From Podarcis pityusensis (lineage: Eukaryota): a stretch of 64,000 nt of DNA. The stretch lies in the NCBI GenBank assembly GCA_964106645.2, contig OZ067040.1. One strand, 5' to 3'. The notes under the pieces were generated by a model. That model saw only the letters and a list, made by a program, of their open reading frames with translations, made no database searches and was not told the origin of the DNA. This document shows positions 13,412 through 27,018 of the stretch, one piece after another; position 1 is the stretch's first letter, and each line of letters starts with the position of its first letter. A program made the translations under genes and the position numbers.

Positions 13412-15244
13412 TACTACTTTTGGTTTAGCACTAAACTGAGCAACCTAAATACCCAATAACTTGCCATGGGTGCAAGATGGAAGTACTTATACATCCATGC
13501 AACTAATTCCAGCTATCCCGTTTGAAGCAGTTGAATTTCATATACTTTTCATTAATATTGCATTTTCTCTGTGTCAGATCTTGAACGTAAGGTTGATATA
13601 TTTATTTACTATGTTGCGCAAGGGTGTTTTAACATACACATTTGCCTTTTTCTTCTAATATGGCTATTTTAGCATTGGCAGTATCAAAAAGACAGATGAA
13701 TCCTGCTCATGTAAGTATAAGCAATGTCCTTTCATTCCAATTTGGAAAGTTTCAGCAGGGCTTGGAGTAGAATGAAAACCATCTGCTAATACCCATGTCT
13801 GCTTGCATTCTCCAATCCACTCTACCATGATCTGAGATGAAAGTATGCACCTACAGACATTCCCAGGCCATGCAAGACCTATCAGCATATGTTTTATAGC
13901 TTCCAGGATGTGAAAAGGCTGATGACATCATGAACTACTTGATGTGCCAAAGACCTACTTCCAGATTTCTCTGGACATCTCCAGGTTATGTTAAACCTTA
14001 CATTGCAAGTTGTTTCAGACCAAAACCCACCAAAATGCAACAGGTCCTAAGTCAGAAATCACTCTGCACTAGTTGGCATCCTGGTCAGAAATCTAGTTGT
14101 AAACATCAATCAATTCCATCTATATACTGGTCTCCAACCATTTCCTACTGTTTACTTTGTTCAGGTTGGTATATGTCTGCACCATATTTTCTTATTTCCA
14201 TGCTAAAATCTAGTGGCCAGTTCTGACTACTTAAAACCTGAGGAACTTCACCACTCATGGTATGTAGAAAGTCTAAATAGGAACCAAAAGCCTAGACTGA
14301 GGGAATCCTCCAGCACAACATTCCAGGTGCTTTTGAAGTGTGAGCATAGCAGTAACTCTAACAAAAATGCAATTACACTCCCATGGCGCCAGAACAGCTT
14401 CAGACATAACCCCATATTAAATTAGTATTAGTCTACATGTGTGCTATAGATTAGGAAGAAATGCACCCTGAAGTCTCAAATGGACATACTATGCATTCCT
14501 ATTAGGAACACTGTTCAACATCTCAGTCTGTCTCATACATCAAAGTGGCATGACCTTCTGAATTGTCTCTAGATTGGCTTGCACTGTCTGTGCTTTAATA
14601 TGCACCCCTATACACATACACTTTTGAATATATTGGTAACAATTCATCAGTAAATCCTCCTTACTATCTACAGATTACTGAAACATCCTAACAAACTTGC
14701 TTCAAGGAGCAAATGAAAACATTTCTGGCACTATAACAAGCAGCTTTGTCTACAGTATAGATGAAATACATGGCCCAGTGGTTTATAGATCATTGCCTGA
14801 TATAGATCATACATTCACTGGTGCTGGGCTAGAGCTGTCCTTCCAAGGTGGAGGAGCATGCTCACCCACTCCCCTCCACCACGCTAATGTGAGCAGGGCA
14901 ATCTACTCACAGAAATGCCCTATCACACAGACAGGCCTAGTCCAGGTTGTCCTTTCTCCCCAACAGCGTGTGTTCATGAGTGAGGAAGGAGACTGTGTGA
15001 ACTTGACATCCATACGAATAGATGTTTGTGTGGAGCACGTGACTCACATGTGATGCCATTTGCATGGTGAAGGAATTAGAGGTAGCCCCCTCTTCCACCA
15101 TGCAAGAGCGGAACTGTCCCTGGCAAATGTAAGAACCAGGACTTCGTTACTAGAATTATCTAAGGTTATAACGTTTTCTGCATCTTCAGAGTTTGCCATT
15201 GCTAAATCTTAAGGACCTCCTGCCTGTAAACTGGCCCTGTAAAG

Positions 15245-15506
15245 CAGGAGGCAGCAAACTTTTTCAGCAGGGGGCCGGTCCACTGGCCCCTCAGACTTTA
15301 TGGGGGGCCAGACTATATTTTTTTGGGGGGGGGGGAATAAAAATGAACGAATTCCTATGCCCCACAAATAACCCAGAGATGCATTTTAAATAAAAGCACA
15401 CATTCTACTCATGTAAAAAGACGCTGATTCCCGGACTGTCCACGGGCTGGATTTAGAAGGCAATTGGGCCAGATCTGGCCCCCGGGCTGTAGTTTGCCTA
15501 CCCATC
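15245..15506 (+). mobile_element. hAT-Charlie MITE, OposCharlie1(OC1)-like
   Basis: CAGGAGGCAGCAAACT ... AGTTTGCCTACCCAT ends; imperfect 8-bp TSD CTGTAAAG/CTGTAAGC; homologous to 59076-59395. Confidence 0.75.
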
Positions 15507-18500
15507 CTGTAAGCTGAGAACATTACTGAAAGCTGCAAACATCCTTAGAAAAAGTCACCATGGCAAAGGTTGCGAACCCCAGCACAGAACCCCCATACAC
15601 AAGGGATGTTATGCTTAACTGTTGAGAATTGAGCATTTCATCTAAGGACTTTTGTTGACACATTCTGCGGGGTGTTCCATAGAGCTTTTGCAGCCATCCT
15701 TTAAGATGGCTTTTCTTGCAATCTTTCACTGTCTTCTTAATAATACTTCCCACACACGCTGAGGATTATCCTTCATAGAAATCTCTTCCAGAGTGATTTG
15801 TTAAATAGGGAAAGGATATAGACTTTAGCTAAGCAATTTTTTAAAATAACCTTCAGTGGGTTCTGAGTAGAGGTTGGAGTGACAGTTGAGGCAACAAGAA
15901 CATTTACTGGAACTTCTTGCTCATTTGAGAGGCAGAGTTCAGCTACACTTTGCTTCCCAGACCATCAATATTTTAATCTCAATCTACACAAAGAACAACT
16001 TTGCCAGCCTAAATAAATAAATAAAGTCAGGTTAATTATTAATCTCAACTTCTGGCAATTGTGAACTCCTCACTAAACACGCAATAAGGAAAAGGCTACT
16101 GTTTACCAATGAGAGTGTAAAGGCTTTGCATTGTTGACTTTAGGATTGCATTGTTTGCAACATGTTTCCTATTAAGCTGAACAACTGCTTACATGTTTTG
16201 CAAGGAAGATCTCAGCTATGCCCTTTCTGCAACAACTTGGCTCCTGCAAACAACATTGGTAGCTCTTGTGTGTAGATGAGCTGCTGCTTGTAGATTGTGT
16301 TATTAACAAAGCATCAATTAAATATGCCTTCAAACTAAATGCATGGTCATACTTAATCACGGAGCAAATATAATATATTTGAAGATATAACTAACAGCAG
16401 GTCTGAACTACTGTCAATCCCAGCAACAGAATCACTCAGAAGAATGGTAGGTAACATATGGAAAGAATATAACCCACAGGCATCCCAAATAGTAACCAGA
16501 AGGATCTGTGGGATCTGTTTCTCTGAAAATCACATCTTTGATTGTTCTGGAATTGAGGGCAGAGCTTCAGCAACATGTTTTTTTAAAGTGTCCACAGGAG
16601 GTCCATCACCATAGCTCAAAAAACTGAGTAAAAGCCCTGCTTGCCCAATTTATTTTGGTTAGAATGCTTTCAATCTTGATTGTGCCCACTGAAGTCCTAT
16701 CAGCAATTTTAAACTTTCTGGACCATTTATTCCTATATAAGACAGAAGGTGGATGCTTCAGCTTTCATTTCCGAACCAATCGGAATATACAACTCTCTTG
16801 AAAGATGTATTTAAGACTGCTCTGCAGGCCATTAACTATGGGGTTACTAACACTCCACTGATTAGGGTTCTGCATTATAAAATGCTAGCTTATGTCCTTA
16901 TGGCACATTATAAGGGATATGAGGTTAATTTACACCATAATTTTACTTAAATGACAGGGAAAAGAAAAAGCTGCAGTCTAGATCGTATCCGCACTCAACA
17001 TATGGGGAGAAGAAGGGATCTCTGTGTTTTTTTAAATCAGGAAATTAAACAGGATACAATTGGAACAAGGGGGCATGCAGTTCAGTCATCTCTTGCACTG
17101 GTCTAACCTTACAGGAGTTAATGAGACTGAATCAATATATATGGTCATCAGTCAATCTCTCAGAGGAGGGGCAGGCGGTTTCTTCAGTCAGAAGAGACAG
17201 GCCCTGCCTGGTAAAGCTATTCATGGCCTAGAGAAATTTGGGAAATGATGGCATTGCAGCCACCAGGATATCTTGCTTATGCTCCCCTGAACAGAAGATC
17301 TCAGCAAGTGCCAATCTCATTCCAAAACAGAAGGTCATGTGATGGACTTTCATACTGATTTCATCCTGGTATAAAGAGTAGTGGGAGAATCAAAGTATAG
17401 GCTGAATGCAGCCTGCAGGCTGTCAACTGGCCACTACTGTCTTAGAATATAGAAGCATTCCCTTTGGAAACAAAAATGTCATTAAAAGAAGAATGATACT
17501 AAGAGGTTTCCCCATGTGTATGCTTCTCTTCCAAGAATGTGTCTCTTGTCCCTGTGCATTGACTTTATGCACTGTCTAGGCATTTTTCCTTAAGAAATAA
17601 ATTCTGGGACTTCTCAGTATACTCTGCTTGTGCATAACACACAGTACAGTCTTCACTCCATTTACTCTAAAGTTGCCCAAGGGAGCTCAGAACTACTCTG
17701 GAATCAGTAAACTGAAAACTGGCAGTCTGGTATACAATTTAATTAAACCTAAATACTTCTACTTTACAGCAGTTTAGTCTACTTCAATTCATTGGCTGCA
17801 TAAACTTAAATCAGTAGTTCAACAAAATTGAGGAGTTAGCTGTTATCCTACTTTATATCCCCAAGGTAATCCATAATGTAATTTCTGTAACCTTACAAGC
17901 AAGCTATGGGGACAAATTTTCATCTGTTTCACTGAATTAATGTGTCATACATTAAACACAAGGAATTTGAATTACACTGTATCTTACAGAAAACTTTTTA
18001 CGGCATGCTGATAACAGTAGGAATCTATTGATTGAAGGAATGTGTTTAAGACACACATACTGGAATGCAGAGATATTGATTTTAATCCAGTAATTAATGG
18101 AAAAAGAGATAAATTGAAATGAAGACTGGTCACTGGTCATTAATCAGTTGACAGCTTTAGCAGTTATAGACTTACATGAGACTAGAGAGACCAGAGAGAC
18201 TTGTGAACCACAGCTAAAGAAATACATCCTGCTTATCAACCAACCACTTCATAAAGTCTTTTTTCTAGGCTACAGTTCCTTGAAACTCAAACCACACACA
18301 ATTTTTCACAATCAAAACTTCATTTTGTATCTCTCTTTTTCCAGGGCCAAGAGATTCAAGACCCTCTCTACTCTCTGTCTTGAATAATCCTGTAAAATGT
18401 GGTTTACTTTTACTGGGTACATTTAACTGGAAATAATTCCCACTGAAATCAGTGGAACTTTCTTCTGGGTAACCAGGAACAACAGTGATTTGTTAGCCAA

Positions 18501-19076
18501 TGATACAGAAATTCAAGGAACCACTTGCATCTCCCAAGATAAAATAAACATCTAGAACCAGAGCAGTCCACAGCCCAACTGCTTCTTAGTAGACTAACCA
18601 AAGTGCTTTGGAACCAAACTAGATGCTTTTTAGACCATGGTGATAATGATTACTCATTTATTATTTTCTACAAGAGGGAGAAGGCAGCTTCCTGGTCAAA
18701 GGAAGGAAGAACTTTGCCTTCGATAACAACCCTTTATGCCACTATGTGAGGATCAAGGTTCCCAAATAGAGTACTGCAGAGCCTTATGCCCATCAGCCTG
18801 CAGTACAATATTTTTGCACTGGACACCACAAGGCCAAGCAACTAAGGGAGAAGAGGAATTTAGACAAGCACAACAGGCATGTAGTTTCCATGCAACTCTT
18901 TCAGTTCCATTCAGAAATACACACCCTTTCCTGCAGTGGTGACTGGTTATTTTAAGATCTGTGCAGAAATTTCAGGGCAGATTACAAACTCTTTCCAGTG
19001 GATTCTTGTGATAAGCTACATAACTTCTCTACAAGAAGTAGAGTCGACTTTAGAGGCAGCAGCAGAATACCTCCTA

Positions 19077-20012
<936 letters not shown>

Positions 20013-20949
20013 TCAGGCACCAGCGGGAACCAACTGGCCGCTGAGGCGGATCCTCCTGAAGCGGAGCCACCAGCAGCACACGAGGCGGATTCGCGCTCCA
20101 ATCACCGCCGCCACCAGACGCGCCCGAGACGGTCTAAACGTCCCGCCACATCCTTGTGGCAGCCTCTTCCCTGAAGAGGCAGGAGGAAGGTGGAGGCGGG
20201 GGCGCTTGCCTCGACCTCGCGCCCAGCCGCTTGCAGGCGGCGACAGGAACGCGCGCGCGCGCCCCTGACCGCCGGAGATTCGTTTTTGTTTTTGAAACAA
20301 GGGAACGGACCGCGCGTTTTCCCTCGCGCTTCGCCAAGTCTGTGGCCAAACGCCGCCGTCCGCTTGGTGTCTGGGGGGGGGGGGGCGGAACCTTCCCCTC
20401 GGCGGGTTCCTGGGGGCCAAAGAACCACTTCTCTCCGGATTCCTCGCGCCTCTGCGCACAGCTTTGAGAGTTGCAAGGGGGCGGCGCGCAGCGTCTCTTC
20501 AAGTCCCGCGTCGTCCAGACGTCTCGGGAAGCGACGGGGCCCCCGCTTCTGGCCCGCTGGCGTGACTCTCCCAGGCCCCGGCGAGCGCTCTCCTTTCCCT
20601 CCTCGCCGGGTTCTCTGGCGCAGGCTCCTTGCCCGGAGGTTCCCCCGAGTCGTTTGGCCCCGAGTCGCCCGGAACAGGCACTGAGCTCCCTTCGCAGCCT
20701 GGGCTCTTCTTCTTCGACTTCCCTGCGCCCTGGCAGGTGACGGAGGAGCTCCTTTTTGGCGGGAACAGCGGGCCTTTCGAATTACCTCAGGACTCGCCGT
20801 CGCTTTCTTCAGACTGGCCGGTCGCCGTGGCAGGTGAGACGCTCATTCTCTCCCCGTTGCCCACCCGCCCGCCCTTCCTTCTCTCGCTGCTTTTTCTGAA
20901 GGGAAGAGCGTGGTGGTTTCGCGGTTTCGCTTCCAGCCGGAAAGGCAAC

Positions 20950-21410
20950 TGCTACTTCTACTATTGCCGCCGCCGCCGCTGCTAGTAGTCGAGACTCCTA
21001 CTCCACGTTTGCTTGGCGCTTCAGCCTCGCTCTCTTCTATCTGCGGGCACCACCGCTGCGAAGATTTTTCACAGGCTCCAACTACCCGCCACAACCCTGG
21101 CATTACCCTGTGAGCGCTGACATCACGCACGAGCGCGGCTGCTGGCAGCCAATGGCCATTTCGGAGGAATTCATTATGCAAATGAACAGAGGTAGTGGGA
21201 GGGAGGCGCGAGCTGGAGAACAGCCGGCCATTGAGAAAAGCAATGAGATATACGCTCGCTCGCTCGCTCTCGTTCTCCTCTCATTCGCTCTCTCTCTCTC
21301 CCTCGTTCATTTCGCTGATGGCAGAACAGGCTGGCTGTTTTAGGCAAATGAGAGAGCCCTGCCTTGAAGGGAAATTTGCAATTGTGCACTTTCCCTAATT
21401 ATGCATTAAA
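20950..21410 (-). promoter_or_regulatory. Probable ALK core/proximal promoter (TSS roughly 20.95-21.05 kb, inferred)
   Basis: Distal edge of the island; (GCG)n tract 20966-20979; CRE-like TGACATCA 21118-21125; CCAAT 21149-21153; octamer ATGCAAAT 21176-21183; TAATTATGCAT 21396-21406. Confidence 0.5.
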
Positions 21411-21794
21411 AGATTAAGCGGATCAAGCGAAAGAAAAAAGAGGGGAACAAGTCCCTATGAAATAGGATGTGCATAGGAGGGCTTTAACTCAAGGCTTCTC
21501 TTGGTGCCCTAACAAGATATAAATCACCGTCTTCTATAGAACACAGATGAGGGAATAAAGAAGACTGTGAGGTCTAGTGTACTGGCACAGCATTGTATTA
21601 TTAACTATCTCACAAACAGAGGCAGTGAGCAGACCTGCTGCTAAGTAGTGGTGGAGGTGAGCACATGCACTTCAGAATGTGTCACACCAATGTAAGGCAA
21701 GTCTAGATCATGCCAAATGTGGCCCTGAGCTCATTTTCCCCACTCGCAGGGCAGGGGACACCAAACTCTTGAGACCTGAGGGCACATTTTAAAT

Positions 21795-22030
21795 TGTATT
21801 TGTTTATTAGATTTATATACCACCCTTCAGCATAAGATCTCAGGGTGGTTCACAGAATAAAATACAGGATAAAAACAAGTAAATAAGTAAAGCAAAACGG
21901 GGGACGGGACCCTTCCTACAAACACATTTAAAAGGCCTGGTTGAAGAGGAACATTTGCGCCTGGTGCCTACAAATATTTTATGAAGGTGCTGGGGGAGAG
22001 CATTCTACAAATGGGGAGCCACTACAGATG
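21795..22030 (-). mobile_element. L2 LINE 3' fragment, degraded
   Basis: Same layout as 385-800 (TTTA tail, CACCCTTC..CAGGGTGG stem, GGGGAGCC.CTACAGA). Confidence 0.6.
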
Positions 22031-22215
22031 GAAGATTCAGGGCCAACAAGAAGAAATACTTCATTGCACCACATATAGTGGAACTTGCAACGAAAGGATG
22101 CAGTGAAGCCACCAACTTAGATGGCTTCAAAACGTTGTTTAAATAGATCAAAATTAGCTCTAGAGGCCCAGGGATCAATCATACTTTGGACTGATCCAAC
22201 AGAGTGCTTCTAATG
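22030..22215 (+). mobile_element. CR1 LINE 3' fragment, degraded
   Basis: GGAAGATTCAGG..CAACAAGAAGAAATACTTC...GCCACCAACTTAGATGGCTT and a TGATCCA..AGA..GCTTCT tail resemble the CR1 copies at 26.5 and 40.2 kb. Confidence 0.55.
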
Positions 22216-22341
22216 AATGTTCTTCAGTGCTATTCTCTAGAGACCATTTGCTTTTGTGATCTTCTGTGAGCATTCAAGAAGACTGGGGTCAAAGCCAAAG
22301 GCACTTAACCCATCACTAGCCCTGAGCTGAGCTTGAGTTCT

Positions 22342-22522
22342 TGTAGCTCAGTGGTAGAGCATCCACATTTCATTTAGGAGGGCCCTGGTTCAATCCCCAG
22401 CATTTCCAAGTAGGGCTAGGAATGTCCTGAAACTCTGGAGAGCCACTGAGAATCAGGAGAGACAATACTGAGCTACGTGGGCCAATGGTCTGATTTGGTT
22501 TAAGACAGCTCCCAGTGATCCT
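22342..22522 (+). mobile_element. tRNA-derived SINE (Squam2-like)
   Basis: Box A TAGCTCAGTGGTAGAGC, box B GGTTCAATCCC, body CTGGAGAGCCACTG...GACAATACTGAGCTA; homologous to 31165-31350. Confidence 0.75.
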
Positions 22523-24227
22523 TTCTTTTAAAAAACCAACCCCACAGAATCTAAATTTGATGCAGTCCAGTCTCCTATGAATGTCTCCTGGGAAACAGGG
22601 CTGTCTCTACCATAGACACAGCTGCCTGGGTCCCCAGGATGTAGAATTTAGGGAGCACCCGTTATGCTGGAAGCATCCAGGGCTCTTCACTCCTTCTGAT
22701 ATGGCCAGCTCTCCACGCAATTTGTGGCGTGCCTCAAGCCACTGACAGCACAAGAGGTTCTGTAGCACATGCTCAACACAAGCTCTCACTTAACTCTATA
22801 CTAAAGTGCAAACAACAAACAAAACCACTTGCACCAGCCTTGTAAGCCAATGAGTTCAATAAGGCTATCTCAGAGAATCCTTGGAATAAATTACTTGTAT
22901 GGTTTCATACAAGTCTTTTCCAAGAAAGGAATAAAATAAGTGCAGGTGGTCCGCCCACTCCCACCAAACTGCCTGTGAGGCTCGCTGACCTTCATTCCAA
23001 CCCAATAAAACTCCCCTTCCTGCCCACTTCTGGTGACAGAGAATGGGAGGAACTAAGGAAAAGTACTGATCTCCCATGCCTTGCCCCCTTCTTTACCCCT
23101 TCAAGCCACTACACTCTATACCAGGTGCAACTAATCTGGGGAATGCAAATTTCCCATGGACTACTAACATCCATGGTTGTCTTTGGGTCTTGTTCTTGGC
23201 ACACTTCTTCTTGGGTGCTGCAGGAGAAAATACCCTTCTGTTCTTTTCTCTCTCAGTGCCACCAGAACATTAGCAGGTCCTTGCTAAGTGGTAGGCTGGA
23301 GGATTTTTGGTAGGTGAGATATAGCAGGAGTTCAGTTGGGAGGAGAAAAGCATTTGTATTATTTTCTTTTGCTTGGATAAAAATTTGAGACCAGCATTAC
23401 ATGCCCCTACAATGGCATGTAACAGAAAACATAAGTTTTCACTAGTTACAAAAAGGAAAAAGGAAAGAAAACGATTGAACCTCTACACTTGCATTTAAAG
23501 CTTTCTATTGAGCAAAACTTTCCTGACCTTTCCCCTTTGCAAAAACTAGTTGATCTAATCGAATCTCACAGGGCTGATGCCTGAGACTACCAGATCACTA
23601 TTAGGTTTAAAATTCTGAACTTCTGGAAAAATTCTGCCTATGACTTGTGTGCACACATCCGTTTTCTCTTCACCCAGTGTACTCCCACTGTTGGTTTGGG
23701 AAGCAGTGTACAAACAGCATTAGCCACAATCCACACCTATCCTGCCATTTCTATGAAATACAGTGTTTTGATCCCACCCACCCACCCACCCCAGCCCACC
23801 GCCCAAACAGCTTCAGTCCAAATTGGGGAAAAGAATAACCTAGCTACAAAAAAAGCTGGTGGTTGTGCACACAGCCTAAATCTGTTTGAAAGACCGAAGT
23901 GTAATTTTTCCCCACCTCCGTTTGGCAGAGGGTTTCATGGAAGGTCACGTATGTCTGACTTTTCCTGCCAGGTGAAGATTAATAGCCTCTGCACTGGGGT
24001 GATTTTCACACTAACATGTATTTATTCCTTCGACTTTATAAAAAATAAAAAGGTGAACATCATTTGTAAAGCATTTCCAGTGTAGGAGGTACAATGCAAG
24101 TGTTATTTCCAACCTTTGGAGAAGGTTGCCCAACTAGCTAGTCAAACACCTGGTGAGCAGCATCAACATCCAGCTTTCTGTTTCATTTAAGAAAGAAAAT
24201 AAAAGATGAGGGCTTTACAAGTAAATG

Positions 24228-24368
24228 CCTTTTACCACTGAGGCATTGCCATAACCACCAGCCACCTTTGAAGGCAACAGTTTTCTAGATAAGCCATGAA
24301 CCCTGATCTAGAAAACTGTTGCCTTCAAAAGTGGATGGTGGTTATGGCAAGGTCTCAATACTAAAAGG
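24228..24368. repeat. Long inverted repeat (~63-bp arms, 15-nt spacer)
   Basis: Inner 45 bp of the arms are complementary with 2 mismatches. Confidence 0.9.
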
Positions 24369-25754
24369 AAGAGCACTCATACTCTGCCTTTCTAGCTTTC
24401 TGACATAAGGCTGATCTTTTTCAGGTATCTTTTGGAGTATAATGACTCCTTAACTGACAAACGAATGCTGTTCCTGCTTACTTTGTGTCTTTGGTTTGGC
24501 TTCTGCTGCTTTTATTAGTTTGCTGCCTTGGGTTTTATGCAATGGTTTTAATTTCTGCTCTTTTTAGTTATGTACTTTAAGCTGCCTTGGAGATTTTCAA
24601 TCAAAAGGCAGCATAGATCTGTTTTAATAAACAAACTAAAACATATGCTCAGAGGCAGTATACTTTTCATGTCTAGACAAAAACAATAGAGGTTGCTGAG
24701 AAGTTGAGATTTCATCTGACACCAGCTCTGAAAATTGATTCCATCCTTGGGATTGTCAGCATGATTTTTCCTCTTCCTCAATGGGCTCCTGTACCTGTAA
24801 CACCTGGGTGACATGCAAACATACAGCAACTGTAGGAATTGGGAATTCAGTTTGTGGTAGTTGCTATTGATTAGATGTTTCCTTGTGTATATAGTGCCAT
24901 TGATGTACACAGTGTATGCATGCTAGTAACAGAGGGAGTAATATGAAATATCAACTTATTTTTTAATGCACACCAACAGCAGCACAAGGTACATGAGTCC
25001 TGCTTGTTTGCCCAGAGGTATAATGTGGTAAAAAATGAGATGTGAAAGAGATTGGGGCTGGGAGATTATTATTCAGATTTATTGCAAATGCATTCATATC
25101 ATAGCATGCTTTCTGGAACCAAACCCTGGCCACCCCTGGCTCAACCTACCAATTTATTTATTAATGATATTTATTCCATTTATATCCTGTCTTTCTTCCA
25201 TGATGGAAAGGCAAGGCAGTGTACATGGTATTCTTCAGCACTCTCCCAGGCTGGATGACTGCAACAGACTAAATGTGGGGTTGTCCTCAAAAGTGATCCA
25301 GAAACTTCAATGAGTCAAAAATGCAATTCAAGTTACTGCCATTTAGAACATACATAACCCCAGTTTTGAAACAGCACCATTGGTTTGTCTCCAGCCCCAA
25401 TTCAAGGTGCAGCTTGAATTGATCAAAGCAATAAACAACTGAGGTCCAAAATATCTGAAAGATTGGCTCCTTCCCTACAGACCCTCTGATGTATGAACGG
25501 GACCCTCTTAGTAGTTCCACCACCCTCAGAAATTTGGGGAGCAGTGGCCCAGAAGAGGGCATTCTCTGCGGCTGCGGCTAAACTGTGAAATTCCCTCCCT
25601 ACAGGTGCAGCTGGTACCTTCATTATATAGTTTCTCCCATTAGCTGAAGATGCACCTTTTTACCCTGGCCTTTGACACTTGAGATGTGTGTTTTAGGACT
25701 CATCTTATTTTCTTGATTATAATTTGTTTTTAACAGTTCTTAATATTGTACCAA

Positions 25755-26117
25755 GGGACGCGGGTGGCGCTGTGGCTAAAAGCCTCAGCGCCTAGGGCTT
25801 GCCGATCGAAAGGTCGGCGGTTCGAATCCCCGCGGCGGGGTGCGCTCCCGTTACTCGGTCCCAGCGCCTGCCAACCTAGCAGTTTGAAAGCACCCCTGGG
25901 TGCAAGTAGATAAATAGGGACCGCTTACTGGCGGGAAGGTAAGCGGCGTTTCTGTGTGCTGCGCTGGCTTGCCAGATGTGGCTTTGTTACGCTGGCCACG
26001 TGACCCGGAAGTGTCTCCGGACAGCGCTGGCCCCCAGCCTCTTGAGTGAGATGGGCGCACAACCCTAGAGTCTGTCAAGACTGGCCCGTATGGGCAGGGG
26101 TACCTTTACCTTTACCT
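25755..26117 (+). mobile_element. Full-length Sauria SINE (Squam1)
   Basis: GGGACGCGGGTGGCGCTGTGG head, box B GGTTCGAATCC, (ACCTTT)3 tail, perfect 14-bp TSD TTAATATTGTACCA (25740-25753, 26118-26131). Confidence 0.95.
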
Positions 26118-26135
26118 TTAATATTGTACCAGTGT

Positions 26136-26402
26136 GAGAGAGCCAGTGTGGTGTAGTGGTTAAGAGCGGTAGTCTCGTAATCTGGGGAACCAGGTTTGCG
26201 TCTCCGCTCCTCCACTTGCAGCTGCTGGGTGACCTTGGGCTAGTTACACTTCTTTGAAGTCTCTCAGCCCCACTCACCTCACAGAGTGTTTGTTGTGGAG
26301 GAGGAAGGGAAAGGAGAATGTTAGCCGCTTTGAGACTCCTTCAGGTAGTGATAAAGCGGGATATCAAATCCAAACTCTTCTTCTACTACTACTACTACTT
26401 CT
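26136..26402 (+). mobile_element. Squam3-like (Ther1/MIR-derived) SINE
   Basis: GAGAGCCAGTGTGGTGTAGTGGTTAAGAGC head, GGGTGACCTTGGGC core, (CTT/CTA)n tail; three more near-identical copies in the window. Confidence 0.88.
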
Positions 26403-26529
26403 AAATTGTTGTAACCTGCCCTGGGACTTCATACTGAAGGGTGGGTAAGAAATCTAAAGAGCAACAACCACAGCCTATTGAGTTTTGCACTTCTGCACAT
26501 ACCGAGGACACAGGTGACCGGCGGTAGGA

Positions 26530-26688
26530 ATGCTTATGAATACCAGTTGTTTGAAACCACAGGAGGGGAGAATGCTGCTGTGCTTGGGTTCTGCTTTCAG
26601 GTTTCTCACAGTTGTCTAGTTTGCATGAACAGGATGCTGGACTAGATGGGCCATTAACCTGATCCAGCGGACTCTTCTTAGTTTTCAT
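26530..26688 (+). mobile_element. CR1 3' UTR fragment
   Basis: GAACAGGATGCTGGACTAGATGGGCCA..CCTGATCCAGC..CTCTTCTTA; also seen inverted at 5285-5362, 40245-40425 and 44152-44235. Confidence 0.6.
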
Positions 26689-27018
26689 TACAACCCACAG
26701 TCTGCTGTTTGCTTAAAAAAAACACCCAACAACCTGAAATGCTGGTACCAAAAGCCTCAAAAGCTTTCTAATCTATCCAATCCCTTTTTAATTATTCCTT
26801 TAAAAAAACATTTTAACTCCCCAAGAGATAAGACATTTGAAAAATTAAATAACACCATAACAACACCGACAACTCCCCCCATAGATATTCATGTTTATTA
26901 CATATCCAGATGGCACACCTGTGAACAGTGATTATCTTCCAATTGCATTTTTTGTTCAGTGCCTTAGGGTTGTAGTCCTACTCAGGGTACACCCACTGAA
27001 GTTAACAGACATGACTAA

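Larger units (their letters stand above)
25250..26458 (+). mobile_element. Old L2 3' fragment split by two SINE insertions
   Basis: AGAGGGCATTCTCTGCGGCTGCGGCTAAACTGTGAAATTCCCTCCC (RAFSAAA..LWNSLP-like) before 25750; L2 terminal stem CCTGCCCTGGGAC..GAAGGGTGGGT resumes after 26403. Confidence 0.65.

Noticed and set aside
13660-14430. Possible old LINE coding remnant or ALK exon 2
   Set aside because: No motif I can assign with confidence and no similarity to the ALK sequence that follows exon 1.
22342-22405. tRNA gene (also heads at 25755, 26136, 31165)
   Set aside because: Box A/B only, no complete cloverleaf, and each continues into a SINE body and tail.
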